Below are positions 1-9,555 of a DNA stretch of 64,000 bases, piece by piece; position 1 is the stretch's first letter, and every line of letters begins with the position of its first letter. The DNA is from Candidatus Heimdallarchaeum endolithica (lineage in GTDB: Archaea > Asgardarchaeota > Heimdallarchaeia > Heimdallarchaeales > Heimdallarchaeaceae). The notes beneath the pieces are model-generated. The model was not told where the DNA came from. It was given only the letters and a program-made list of their open reading frames with translations, and did not search any database. Made by a program: the position numbers and the translations under genes. The DNA is taken from positions 352,001-416,000 of the forward strand of contig CP084167.1 of the NCBI GenBank assembly GCA_021513715.1. The letters run 5' to 3'.

Positions 1-137
1 GAAGTACACCAATTTCCTCTATTTCTCCTTTCTTTGTTTTACTTTTAGGCTCTATTTTCTTAAAAGAAAAGATATCCAAACTTCAATTATTAGGTGTAAT
101 TAGCATAGTCTGTGGTTCAATTTTACTTTCTATTTGA
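1..137 (+). CDS. EamA/DMT-family transporter, C-terminal fragment (runs in from window edge)
   Basis: Frame from position 3 reads STPISSISPFFVLLLGSIFLKEKISKLQLLGVISIVCGSILLSI*, the typical EamA C-terminus (P..V.LL...FLKE.I....G). Confidence 0.8.
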   Translation, partial: STPISSISPFFVLLLGSIFLKEKISKLQLLGVISIVCGSILLSI

Positions 138-205
138 TTTTCAAAAAAAGTGAAATAAAAAATTTGGTAAAGAAATCAAAGTTTGTAACTTTTTAAATTT
201 ATAAA

Positions 206-709
206 TTAAACTGAAAGATTATATTTTTTTGCTAACTTTTTTGCTAACTCTTCTTCTTCCATAGCATGCTTTTCGTCTTTTGTATATTCGTTAGGTAGCC
301 ATTCAGGTATTTCTTTCTTAATGGTAGTATAATATCTCCTTATAGCTCTTTGCAATGCTCCAACTGCAAGTGTCCCACAATGATTTTTTATTTTAGGCAA
401 ACCCCCAAGGGCCTTAGAAACATCTTTCCAGCTTATATTCCAAACTTCTTGCAAAGTTTTGTTTTGAATCATTATAGTTACTTCACTAGCTGTTGCAATA
501 TTTGAAGCACATCCAAAACTTTCAAAGGAAGATTTCACTATCTTTTCATTTTTTTCATCAATTTTTAAATAAAAAGCAATCATATCTCCACATGCAGGAG
601 AACCTGCTTGTGCAAATACAGTTGCATCTTCCATTTTTCCTAAGTTTACTGGATTCTTAAAGAGTTCAATTACTCTTTGTGAATATGGAAGAGGAATTCT
701 ACTTGACAT
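206..709 (-). CDS. iscU: Fe-S cluster scaffold IscU/NifU N-terminal domain protein
   Basis: GSPACGD, FGCA and KNHC scaffold cysteines; directly downstream of IscS-like gene; ATG at 709 preceded by AGGTGA. Confidence 0.92.
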   Translation of the reverse strand: MSSRIPLPYSQRVIELFKNPVNLGKMEDATVFAQAGSPACGDMIAFYLKIDEKNEKIVKSSFESFGCASNIATASEVTIMIQNKTLQEVWNISWKDVSKALGGLPKIKNHCGTLAVGALQRAIRRYYTTIKKEIPEWLPNEYTKDEKHAMEEEELAKKLAKKYNLSV

Positions 710-749
710 CTTTTTCACCTTTTCTCTTTTAGTCTTTTTTTATTATTTT

Positions 750-1961
750 CTATAGCTCAATACTTCCAGTTATTTTCCTAAGTCTTGAAACAACTTTAGG
801 CATTGTTTCTAAGATATATTTTATTTGCTCTTCTGTATTTAAGCGACTTAATTTCATTAAAAGACTACCATGAGCTTCTTCTGGTCGCCTTCCTATCGCT
901 GTTAAAATATGACTTGGCATTAGTATCCTACTTGAACATGCACTTCCACTTGAGGTATAAATACCATTCATGCTGCACTCTACTGTCAAAGCTTCACCTT
1001 CGCAACCTAAGAAACTCAAATTGACATTATCAGCTATTCTTTTTTCTCCTTCTGCTCCATTGATCAAAGTCTTTGGAATAGTAGTATAAAGGCCATATAG
1101 AAGTTTGTTTCTTAAATTAATTAAATTTTTGATTTTTTCGTCAAAATTCTCAAACTCTAATTCAATTGTTTTTGCGAAGCCTGCGATTAAAGGCATTATT
1201 TCGACACCAGGAGAGAGAGTTTCAACACTTAACTGTCCTTCAAGTAGTGGTTTAACATGTACTCCTTCTTTTACATATAAACCTCCTATTCCTTTAGGAC
1301 CCAAAACTCTAGAACTATCAAAAGTAGCCAGATCTATTTCTAATTCATTTAAATTAATTTTCATTCTCCCAAAAGCAGCAGACATATCTGAATGAACAAG
1401 AGTTTCTTTATTTTTATCTTTAACAATTTCAATAACTTCGCGCAAGGGTTGTATTGAACCAATTTCATGATTAGCAAGTTGCACACTAACCAAAAGAGTC
1501 TCTTCATCGATCATATTTTGTAAACTATCCAAATCAATTGTTCCATTACTATATACAGGTATTTCTTCTATCTTGTAACCTTGACTTTTCATGTATCTGC
1601 TAGAATGAATAATACTTAGATGTTCCACGGAGGAAGTGATTATTTTCTTTCTTTTTTTATTTGCTTTTGCTACCCCTCGAATAGCAATATTATTAGATTC
1701 TGTTAAACCATGTGTAATATAAAAGTCTTGAGGAGAGATATTTAAAGGTTGAACTAGTTTCTCTTTTGTTTCAACATATAGTTCGTAAGTTTCCCAACCT
1801 AAACGATGTGTTATGGCAGGATTCGCGAACCCTTTCTCAAGGTAAAAGGGTTTCATTGCTTCAAATACTTCTTTAGGAACATAATTGCCATTTTCCCAAT
1901 CAACATATACTTCTATTTTTGAACGTCCATGTTCCTCTAATAATCCATCTACTTTCTTCAT
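750..1961 (-). CDS. iscS: IscS/NifS-family cysteine desulfurase-like protein (PLP lysine replaced by Arg)
   Basis: TESNN, SSVEH, ANHEIG, GPKG and SSGSACSS motifs; SAHK motif reads DSSR. Confidence 0.85.
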   Translation of the reverse strand: MKKVDGLLEEHGRSKIEVYVDWENGNYVPKEVFEAMKPFYLEKGFANPAITHRLGWETYELYVETKEKLVQPLNISPQDFYITHGLTESNNIAIRGVAKANKKRKKIITSSVEHLSIIHSSRYMKSQGYKIEEIPVYSNGTIDLDSLQNMIDEETLLVSVQLANHEIGSIQPLREVIEIVKDKNKETLVHSDMSAAFGRMKINLNELEIDLATFDSSRVLGPKGIGGLYVKEGVHVKPLLEGQLSVETLSPGVEIMPLIAGFAKTIELEFENFDEKIKNLINLRNKLLYGLYTTIPKTLINGAEGEKRIADNVNLSFLGCEGEALTVECSMNGIYTSSGSACSSRILMPSHILTAIGRRPEEAHGSLLMKLSRLNTEEQIKYILETMPKVVSRLRKITGSIEL

Positions 1962-1965
1962 TTTT

Positions 1966-2226
1966 TTAACCTAATAGTTCTTTTATAATATTTTCAATAT
2001 TATCAACGTTAGTAAGGATAAGTTTACCATTTTTATAAAAAGAAATGTCTATCCCTTTATATTTATATTTCAATATAAAACTGCCAACACTGGTTTCAAA
2101 ATCACATTTTTCCTCAAGTATCTTCTTAACTTCATCTATTTTAGACCATTTAAGCACAAGTAACCAACTACTGTCTTTTTGGCAATTTTGAATTATTGAT
2201 TGAGCGAAAGGATGAGCTAATGACAT
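1966..2226 (-). CDS. Small hypothetical protein (86 aa), probably co-transcribed with iscS-iscU
   Basis: ATG at 2226; stop 4 bp before iscS start; ISFYKNGKLIL beta-hairpin reminiscent of a TBP-like fold. Confidence 0.6.
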   Translation of the reverse strand: MSLAHPFAQSIIQNCQKDSSWLLVLKWSKIDEVKKILEEKCDFETSVGSFILKYKYKGIDISFYKNGKLILTNVDNIENIIKELLG

Positions 2227-2327
2227 TTTCTTTTCATGCTTTTGATAAAATACTCCCTTTTTAATATTTATTTTGAGCAAAAAATATCTGTAAGTATTAC
2301 TTGAAATTTCAAAATGCATAAAAAGCT

Positions 2328-2807
2328 ATGCCAAAAATCAAACTTATGACTGAAAAAAAGCAAGAAAGTTTTGAATATGAACTAAGTTTAACTCGAATTA
2401 ATAATTTCAAGTTCATTGTAGATTTTGGTAAAGAAACTATTCCTAACCTACTTATGGATGAAGACAAAGCTGTTCCTGGTGGAGAAGAACTTGGACCAAC
2501 AGCTTCAATGTTAATTGCTGCAGCAGTTGGAAACTGTTTATCTGCATCTTTAACTTTCTGTATGATGAAAAAAAGAGCAGAAATAAAAGATCTAAAAACC
2601 AAAGTAAAGCTTATAAGACAACGAAACGAAGAAGGTTTTTGGAGGATTAAAAAGATAGAAGTAAAACTTAATCCTGTTTTAAATATTCCAGAAGAAGACA
2701 AACAAAAGTTAGATCAATGTTTAAAAATTTTTAGAAATTATTGTATTGCTTCAACAAGTATTGAGGAAGGAATACCTATTGATATAACAGTAGAACCAAA
2801 AAACTAA
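2328..2807 (+). CDS. OsmC/Ohr family protein
   Basis: DE..VPGGEELGPTA..L.AAAVGNC and second Cys in NYCIAS. Confidence 0.85.
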   Translation: MPKIKLMTEKKQESFEYELSLTRINNFKFIVDFGKETIPNLLMDEDKAVPGGEELGPTASMLIAAAVGNCLSASLTFCMMKKRAEIKDLKTKVKLIRQRNEEGFWRIKKIEVKLNPVLNIPEEDKQKLDQCLKIFRNYCIASTSIEEGIPIDITVEPKN

Positions 2808-2951
2808 ATATTAATTTTTATTTTTTTATTTTAAATCAATTTAGCAGAATAATTGATAATTTTAAAAAAACTATTTTTTAAAATTAGAAATAACTAAACT
2901 TTTATATCAAATAAGAGATAGTTTTTAGTGCTATTTGAAGTGTGCTCAAAA

Positions 2952-3917
2952 ATGACAAGATTTTCTATTGCTATAACAGGACTTCCACAAGCAGGAAAAT
3001 CAAGTTTCACCCAAAGATTACTATCTGGTACTTTTGTTTCTTCTCCCCCAACTTTGGGAGTTGATGTTGAATTCACAGAATATCAAGGGTTTCCTCTTCA
3101 AATATGGGACATGGGTGGACACCAAGCATTTAGAAAACATATCTGGAAAAATTACATAAATCTATCATCAGCTTTAATCTTCATTTTCGATGCCTCAAAT
3201 TTAGAAAGTTTACCTGAAAGTAAAGAATGGTTTTACACTACTTTAGAATGGATAGAAAATAAAAACATTCCTGTACTCTTTTTAGGCAATAAAATGGACT
3301 TAGTAGTTGAAAAAGAAAAAGTTATGGAAAAAATAGTTGAAGGTTTTGAGCTAGATAAATTAACTTCAATAGAAAGTAAAATGAGTTTTCGATTCTTTTT
3401 CATATCTGTCAAGACTGGGGAATATATAAGCGATGCAATGAATTGGCTCATAAATAAATTGGTTAGCAAAAAGACAAACTTCATGCCTAACATTCTTTCA
3501 GTAGATATTTTCGTTAAAAAAGGGGATATTAATCTACACATCCATGATAACACAAGAACAAGAGAAAAAGTAAAGAATGTGATTAATGCCTACGAGAAAA
3601 AGTGGTTAGAATCATCAAACCAGAAGCAACTTAGTTCAATGGAAGAAATTAATTTTGAAGAGTATAAGTTACTGTTTATCAGCTATCAAAACATTGCGAT
3701 ATTAGTAACTACAGAACATACCCTTATTGAAAAAGGACCTTTACTCTCTCTAATTGAAAAGTTAACTGAATTCATTTCTACAGATTTATTGAATGAGGAA
3801 ACGCGTTATCTAGTGTTTCAAAAAGTGAAAAAGGAATTGGAAAAAAGTTTTATTCCCTTTGCATCTAAAACACTAACATGTAAAGTAATAAGTATAGATA
3901 ACTTAGCTAAACATTAG
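2952..3917 (+). CDS. Arf/Ras-like small GTPase with about 150-aa C-terminal extension
   Basis: G1 GLPQAGKSS, G2 PTLG, G3 WDMGG, G4 NKMD, G5 SVK. Confidence 0.88.
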   Translation: MTRFSIAITGLPQAGKSSFTQRLLSGTFVSSPPTLGVDVEFTEYQGFPLQIWDMGGHQAFRKHIWKNYINLSSALIFIFDASNLESLPESKEWFYTTLEWIENKNIPVLFLGNKMDLVVEKEKVMEKIVEGFELDKLTSIESKMSFRFFFISVKTGEYISDAMNWLINKLVSKKTNFMPNILSVDIFVKKGDINLHIHDNTRTREKVKNVINAYEKKWLESSNQKQLSSMEEINFEEYKLLFISYQNIAILVTTEHTLIEKGPLLSLIEKLTEFISTDLLNEETRYLVFQKVKKELEKSFIPFASKTLTCKVISIDNLAKH

Positions 3918-4245
3918 ACCATTAAAATATTAAATATTCCGATTTTTTTGTATAACTACAATGTTGTTTAAAATACTAAATAATACAATTTTTAATTTTC
4001 GTAATAAAAAAGATGGGTTTCATCTTTTAGTTTCTATCACTTATCTACGTAGTGCATGACAATCCTCAACCCATCATCTTTTATTTATGAAGAAAGTATT
4101 AAAACTTTCACTTTTGCATTAGATCTAGTGTGTTTTTCAATAATGACTCCTTGTTTATAAAAAATTCCACAAATGTTAAAACTTATAATCTCTATTTTAT
4201 TATAAAGGAAAGGAAGTGCATTTCCTATACTTTGAGGAACTAACA

Positions 4246-5100
4246 ATGTCTAATGATCTTCGTGTTCTACTTGTGGAGGATGACAGTGACATAGCCTTCC
4301 TTATCAAAATCAACATAATCAAGGCCTTTCCTGAAGTGGAAGTACATATTACTCAAACAAAGGAAGATGCATTAAACATTCTTCAAAAATATAAATATGA
4401 CTTTGATATTATATTACTAGATTATTTGTTAGGTGATATTACAGGTTTAGATATTCTAGAAGAAATTAGAAAAATAACTGATATTCCTGTTCTTATAATC
4501 ACTGGACAAGGTTCTGAAGAAGTTGCAGTAAAAGCAATGAAAATGGGAGCACAAGATTACATAGTAAAAAGAGGACGATTTTTCAGTAAAATACCTGAAA
4601 TAATCGAAAACATAAAAACAAAAAAATCTCGTTATGATAAAAATAAGATTTTTCTTGCTTTTTATAGGTTTGGAACATCAGGAACTGAACCAATATATGT
4701 AAACAGAATTCCTGAAGAATATGAAGAGATAAAGGAAACTGTTATTTTGTCTTTAGGAGTTATGCTTTACACTTTGTTTGGAATGGGTGAGATAGATAAA
4801 TTAGAAAGTTCTTCTATTATCTCCGGACCAGTAAGAATTCCTAAAATGAAAGATTATTATGCAACAAGTCTACTCTATATTGTTGAAGATAAAAACCAAA
4901 TGGACAAAAGATTAGAAGGAAAGGATTATTGCATTGTAGCCTTAGCTTATCCATTTGAATACCAAGACATTGCTCAAGGAATAGAAAAAATAAGAAATAT
5001 TCTTAATAAATTCTTTGAATCGATTAATGATGTTTCAGAAATAAGTGAAAAAGTAAAAGATGTAGAAGAACAAATATATAATGTTATAAGTTGGTTTTAA
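4246..5100 (+). CDS. Response regulator receiver domain fused to an uncharacterised C-terminal domain
   Basis: VLLVEDD, ILLDY (phospho-Asp), IITG, GAQDYIVK. Confidence 0.88.
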   Translation: MSNDLRVLLVEDDSDIAFLIKINIIKAFPEVEVHITQTKEDALNILQKYKYDFDIILLDYLLGDITGLDILEEIRKITDIPVLIITGQGSEEVAVKAMKMGAQDYIVKRGRFFSKIPEIIENIKTKKSRYDKNKIFLAFYRFGTSGTEPIYVNRIPEEYEEIKETVILSLGVMLYTLFGMGEIDKLESSSIISGPVRIPKMKDYYATSLLYIVEDKNQMDKRLEGKDYCIVALAYPFEYQDIAQGIEKIRNILNKFFESINDVSEISEKVKDVEEQIYNVISWF

Positions 5101-5124
5101 ACTAAAGTCATTCTTGAATAAATG

Positions 5125-6276
5125 TTATTTATAGACTTCATGTATTTTCTTTATTTCAGTTTCCCAATTGAACTTATTTTTATAAGCTTCTTCAGTATTT
5201 TTCTTTAATTGTTCCAAAGTTTCTTCATCATTGATCAATTTCACTATTTTTTCTGAAATTTCTTCGGGTGATTGTGGGTTAACAAAAAAGCCCAACTGCT
5301 TATAATAACTTGCTCCTTCTCTTAATCCTTCAAAATCTGAACCTATAAATGGGACACCAGCAGAATAGTACTCATAAAGTCTATTAGGAATTCTTCTAAA
5401 GTTATTCTTTCCTGGTTGGAAAAGAATTAACCCCACATCACTTGTTCTTAAAACAGATAGCGCTAAATGATAATTCATCCATCCTGTTAGAATAAAGTAT
5501 TCATTTAGCTTTTCTTCTTCAATCATCTTTTTCATAGGTTGATATGCTGCTCCATCACCAATTATGAGAAAATCTATATCTGAAGGAGATAAATTATATT
5601 GATCTCGCAGATATTTAGCTACTTTTACAGTAACATCATAACCCAAATTTGCATACATTACACCAAAATAAACTACTCGAAATTTTGCTTTCTTTTGAAA
5701 TTCTTTAGGAATTTCAATGTCATGACCTTTATCTACATCTTCTATTGAAGGGTAGTTTGAAATAACAGAGGCTTTAACCTTATATTTTTTCTCAATCAAA
5801 TTTGAATAAGTTTTTCCAGGTGTTAAGACATAATTTACTTTTTTAATGAAATATCGTTCTACCCAAGTATAAACTATTTGAGCTGGCCAACCAAAAGTTT
5901 CTGACATCTGTTCTGGAAAGTTTTCATGAGAATCATAAACAAATATTTTTCCATTTTTCTTTAATCTAAAGATTGCAGGTAAAGCATTTAAGTCATGGAA
6001 ATGGATATAATCATATAGTTCAGAACCAACAAGTTTTTTTACTTTACGATAAAATTCAAAATACTTGAAAAATAATTTTTTCTTGATTTCAACTCTATAG
6101 ATTAAATAACCGTCTCTTTCTTCTTTTTTTGGTAAATCTAAACTTGGTCTTGTTATTCCAATAACAGAAACATCAAAATTTTTTGATGCCAAATATCTTG
6201 CTTCTTTTTCTACTCTGACATCAGGGTTAACTGTACTCAAAACAAGCATCAATATTTTTTTTCTCTTGTTACTCAT
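5125..6276 (-). CDS. Glycosyltransferase family 4 (GT-B)
   Basis: D.RV.KEA, HFHD, YDSHE, PNRLYEY..AGVP motifs. Confidence 0.88.
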   Translation of the reverse strand: MSNKRKKILMLVLSTVNPDVRVEKEARYLASKNFDVSVIGITRPSLDLPKKEERDGYLIYRVEIKKKLFFKYFEFYRKVKKLVGSELYDYIHFHDLNALPAIFRLKKNGKIFVYDSHENFPEQMSETFGWPAQIVYTWVERYFIKKVNYVLTPGKTYSNLIEKKYKVKASVISNYPSIEDVDKGHDIEIPKEFQKKAKFRVVYFGVMYANLGYDVTVKVAKYLRDQYNLSPSDIDFLIIGDGAAYQPMKKMIEEEKLNEYFILTGWMNYHLALSVLRTSDVGLILFQPGKNNFRRIPNRLYEYYSAGVPFIGSDFEGLREGASYYKQLGFFVNPQSPEEISEKIVKLINDEETLEQLKKNTEEAYKNKFNWETEIKKIHEVYK

Positions 6277-6414
6277 ATAAAATACTCCAGAATTAGATAT
6301 ATTTGTAATTATTGGTCGAACAAAGACTCTTTTTTTAAAAATTAAAAACTAACATACTTTTATCTTCGTAAATAAAAGTAAGATTTTTAGGGTAAAAAGT
6401 CTTTTGAAAATTTA

Positions 6415-6666
6415 ATGATAATCACAGCATATATTCTTATGACAGTAAAATTAGGGAAGACTCAAGAAGTGGTCAACGAATTAAGAAAAATTCATTCTAT
6501 AACAAGTTGTTCTGTTGTTACTGGTGAGTGGGACATTGTTGCTACTATTAAAGTTAAAAACTTAGAAGAACTTTACAACATTACTTCAGAGTGCATACAT
6601 CTCATTCCAGGTCTTGAAAGTACACAAACTTGTATTGTAGAGAAAGAAATAATTGGAGAAGAATAA
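6415..6666 (+). CDS. Stand-alone Lrp/AsnC ligand-binding (RAM) domain protein
   Basis: AYILM...VVTGEWDIVA.I....T.T pattern, no HTH. Confidence 0.85.
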   Translation: MIITAYILMTVKLGKTQEVVNELRKIHSITSCSVVTGEWDIVATIKVKNLEELYNITSECIHLIPGLESTQTCIVEKEIIGEE

Positions 6667-6678
6667 GGAGAGTTCAAC

Positions 6679-7941
6679 ATGTCAATTGCAGCCCATAGAG
6701 AATTCAGTAAAATTAGAAGAAAGAGCACGTTTTATCTACTAGCCTTGGGATCTGGTTTAATCACTAGTCTGTGGGTAGTTTTAGATGCAATTGGTAACAA
6801 TTTCATTACTGATCCTTATCTTTTTGGAGCATTTGAGATGGTTGTAGGTTTAATAGTGTCAATAATTCTTGTACTTATTCTTTCTATTCCTCTACCAAAC
6901 AAAGATAAGGAATTTAAGAAAACTCTGGGTTACTATTTTGACCCTAATTTTCAAGGAATAATGTTTCCTAAAGGAAAAGTTTTACTATATACCCTTCTTG
7001 CTGGTCTTTTTGCTACAGGAAACACTATACTCTATTTTGTTCTTTTAGAAAAGTATGATGCATCTCTAATAATGCCATTTAGCCAATTTGTTCTCGTTTA
7101 CTTGCTTATTGCTGATTCTATTTCAGAAAGAGAAAAACCTGTTGCAATTGAAATCCAATCAATTACAATGATAGCTGTAGGAGTAATGATTTCTACAATT
7201 TCTGGTGGAAAATTAGATGCTATAGGCATTTCACTTATCTTTGGTCCATTTGCTTTATTTTCAGCTTTATATACTGTTTTTCAAAAGAAAGCTTTAGTAA
7301 CAAAAAATGATAAAGGAAGAAAGATAGATACACTAAGTCTAAGAATATGGACACTTTTTATTATGACAGCAGGGCAAGTAATAGCATCACTTCCTAGTAT
7401 CTACAGAGTAGGTTTTAATGAGATAAAAGAAAATTGGAAACATTCTTTAGCTCCTGTAATTGGCTCAATGTTATTAGTTTATCTTGGTGTAATTGCTTAC
7501 ACCAGGGCACTTACGATGGGGAAAATGTCTATTGTAAGAGCTTTAAACAGTATAAGCGTCATCTCCACTTATCCTTTGGCAGCTATTTTTGCTATTTGGT
7601 TTCCAGCGATATTCCGTTCAGGAGGAAATGATATTGTAGGTATAATCCTAAAAATATCTGGTTCGATACTTATTTTAATAGGTGTAGTTACCTTATCTAT
7701 GTCTGAAACTAGAGGTTTAATCTTTGCTAAAATAAAAATCGGAGAAAAAATAGATTTAACAAAATTATCACAAATAAGGGGAATAGAATCTGTAGCCTAT
7801 ACTTCAGGAGTTTATGATTTAATAATTTCAATAAGATTAAGAAATATTGGAAAAGCTTACAACTTGATAAGGAAATCTATAGCTAAATTACCATGGATAG
7901 AAAGTGTAGTTACTTTACCAGTTATTCGTGAATATAAATAA
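6679..7941 (+). CDS. DMT/EamA-like multi-pass transporter fused to a C-terminal Lrp/AsnC (RAM) domain
   Basis: About 10 hydrophobic segments in two repeats, then GIESVAYTSGVYDLIISI...ESVVTL. Confidence 0.7.
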   Translation: MSIAAHREFSKIRRKSTFYLLALGSGLITSLWVVLDAIGNNFITDPYLFGAFEMVVGLIVSIILVLILSIPLPNKDKEFKKTLGYYFDPNFQGIMFPKGKVLLYTLLAGLFATGNTILYFVLLEKYDASLIMPFSQFVLVYLLIADSISEREKPVAIEIQSITMIAVGVMISTISGGKLDAIGISLIFGPFALFSALYTVFQKKALVTKNDKGRKIDTLSLRIWTLFIMTAGQVIASLPSIYRVGFNEIKENWKHSLAPVIGSMLLVYLGVIAYTRALTMGKMSIVRALNSISVISTYPLAAIFAIWFPAIFRSGGNDIVGIILKISGSILILIGVVTLSMSETRGLIFAKIKIGEKIDLTKLSQIRGIESVAYTSGVYDLIISIRLRNIGKAYNLIRKSIAKLPWIESVVTLPVIREYK

Positions 7942-8055
7942 TTATAAAAAGTAGTTTAATTTTTTAAGCAATAAATACTCTATCATTTTTTTCTCATTTA
8001 ATATTTTTAACATAGAAAAAAGGTGGCAAAAATAAAAAAAAAAGAAGTGTTAAGA

Positions 8056-9483
8056 TTATTTTAATAATTTCTTATATGGAGCTCTTTCTCCAGCTAGATA
8101 TTCCTTATGGACATCAACATATTTTAGAACAATTATTAATCCTATCATAAAGAATACTAATAGAGGAGCGAGAGCAATTGCATATTGATTGGAAATACTC
8201 AAACCAAGTTTAACACCTAAACCAAGCATCAACAAGAACATTATTGGACTTATGATAGCACTTACTCTTCCTGCAATTTGTTTAAATCCTTGATATTGAG
8301 TAACTTTCTTTGGAGGAGCAACTTCAAAAACAAATTGTCTTCCGATTAGCCATATTCCACCAAATCCTATTCCTATAAAGAATCCTACTAAGAACATTAT
8401 TTGCCAAGGAACAATATGCTTTCCATCTACCTCAATACAAGCAAGGATAGCTATACTTACTGCAATAAACCAAGAGAATATATTAATAATGAAATTTTTC
8501 TTTGGTCCAAGTTTATCTAAAAGAACTCCTACAATAATTGCTCCGATCATTGATAAAAGTCCTCCCATTGCAATAATCATTAATGCTTGTCCAGGATCAG
8601 CTCCTACACCGTCAATCATTACAAGTTGCATATATAGAATTGTAGTATTGCTTGCATCTGTTACAAAAAACCAACCTAAAATAAACAATAAAGCGTTTTT
8701 GTATTGGAAAATCTCTCTTAAAGTGTCCTTAAATTCAATTCCTGCTTGTTTTAAATTCTGTTTGAGGGAGAAAGAATTTGTATTCTCTTTTTCTTTCGAA
8801 AATAGAAAGGGTATCGTGAAAACTAATATCGCGCCAATTACTATAACAGTCAACCATTCTAAACTTGTATATGTTATTGATGCACCTTCTTCAAATACCT
8901 TTCCAGGTTCTGAAAACTTACCCCATATTGAATAAGCTACTTGAGCCAATCCAATGGCAGCAAAAGTTCCTATAAAACTAAGAGAACCTGAAATACCAGA
9001 AGTTACCCCTCTTTGATCTGTTTTTGAAATAAAAGGTATCATTGAATCGTAAAACATTCGTCCTGCTTGATAGCCAAAGTTAGCAAAAACGAACATTATT
9101 GAAAGCCACCAAAAGTTCCTCCAAATGAGGAAGGCTAATGTTGAAATAACCATTAGAGACGCTGAAATAAGAACGGCAGATTTTCGTTTTCCTATCGTAT
9201 CACTAATGGATCCAATTATTGGACCAAAAATAGCTACGAGTAAGTTTGAAAAAGCCATAAATGCGGACATTAGAGCAAAAGCAGTCCAGTAATTAGTAAT
9301 GCCTTGTTCATAAGCCAATAATAGAACAAATGGTTGAAAAACGATACTTATTATCCCTTGAGAAAAAAGAGTATCAGCAGCATCGTAGGAAGACCATAGA
9401 AAAACATTACCAAAATGCGTTCTTTTCGCCTCAATTTTAGTAGGTTCAACATTTTTATCAACTACTGTCACATAATTATCCAT
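8056..9483 (-). CDS. MFS transporter (UMF1/Atg22-like)
   Basis: W..YD.A, GSISDTIGKRK motif A, FYDSM, LLDKLGPKK; about 12 TM segments. Confidence 0.85.
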   Translation of the reverse strand: MDNYVTVVDKNVEPTKIEAKRTHFGNVFLWSSYDAADTLFSQGIISIVFQPFVLLLAYEQGITNYWTAFALMSAFMAFSNLLVAIFGPIIGSISDTIGKRKSAVLISASLMVISTLAFLIWRNFWWLSIMFVFANFGYQAGRMFYDSMIPFISKTDQRGVTSGISGSLSFIGTFAAIGLAQVAYSIWGKFSEPGKVFEEGASITYTSLEWLTVIVIGAILVFTIPFLFSKEKENTNSFSLKQNLKQAGIEFKDTLREIFQYKNALLFILGWFFVTDASNTTILYMQLVMIDGVGADPGQALMIIAMGGLLSMIGAIIVGVLLDKLGPKKNFIINIFSWFIAVSIAILACIEVDGKHIVPWQIMFLVGFFIGIGFGGIWLIGRQFVFEVAPPKKVTQYQGFKQIAGRVSAIISPIMFLLMLGLGVKLGLSISNQYAIALAPLLVFFMIGLIIVLKYVDVHKEYLAGERAPYKKLLK

Positions 9484-9555
9484 AAGACTTCAAAATTAAA
9501 AAAAATAGCTTATTTAAAAACAATTATTGAAAACGAAAATAGAAACAAAAAGAAT

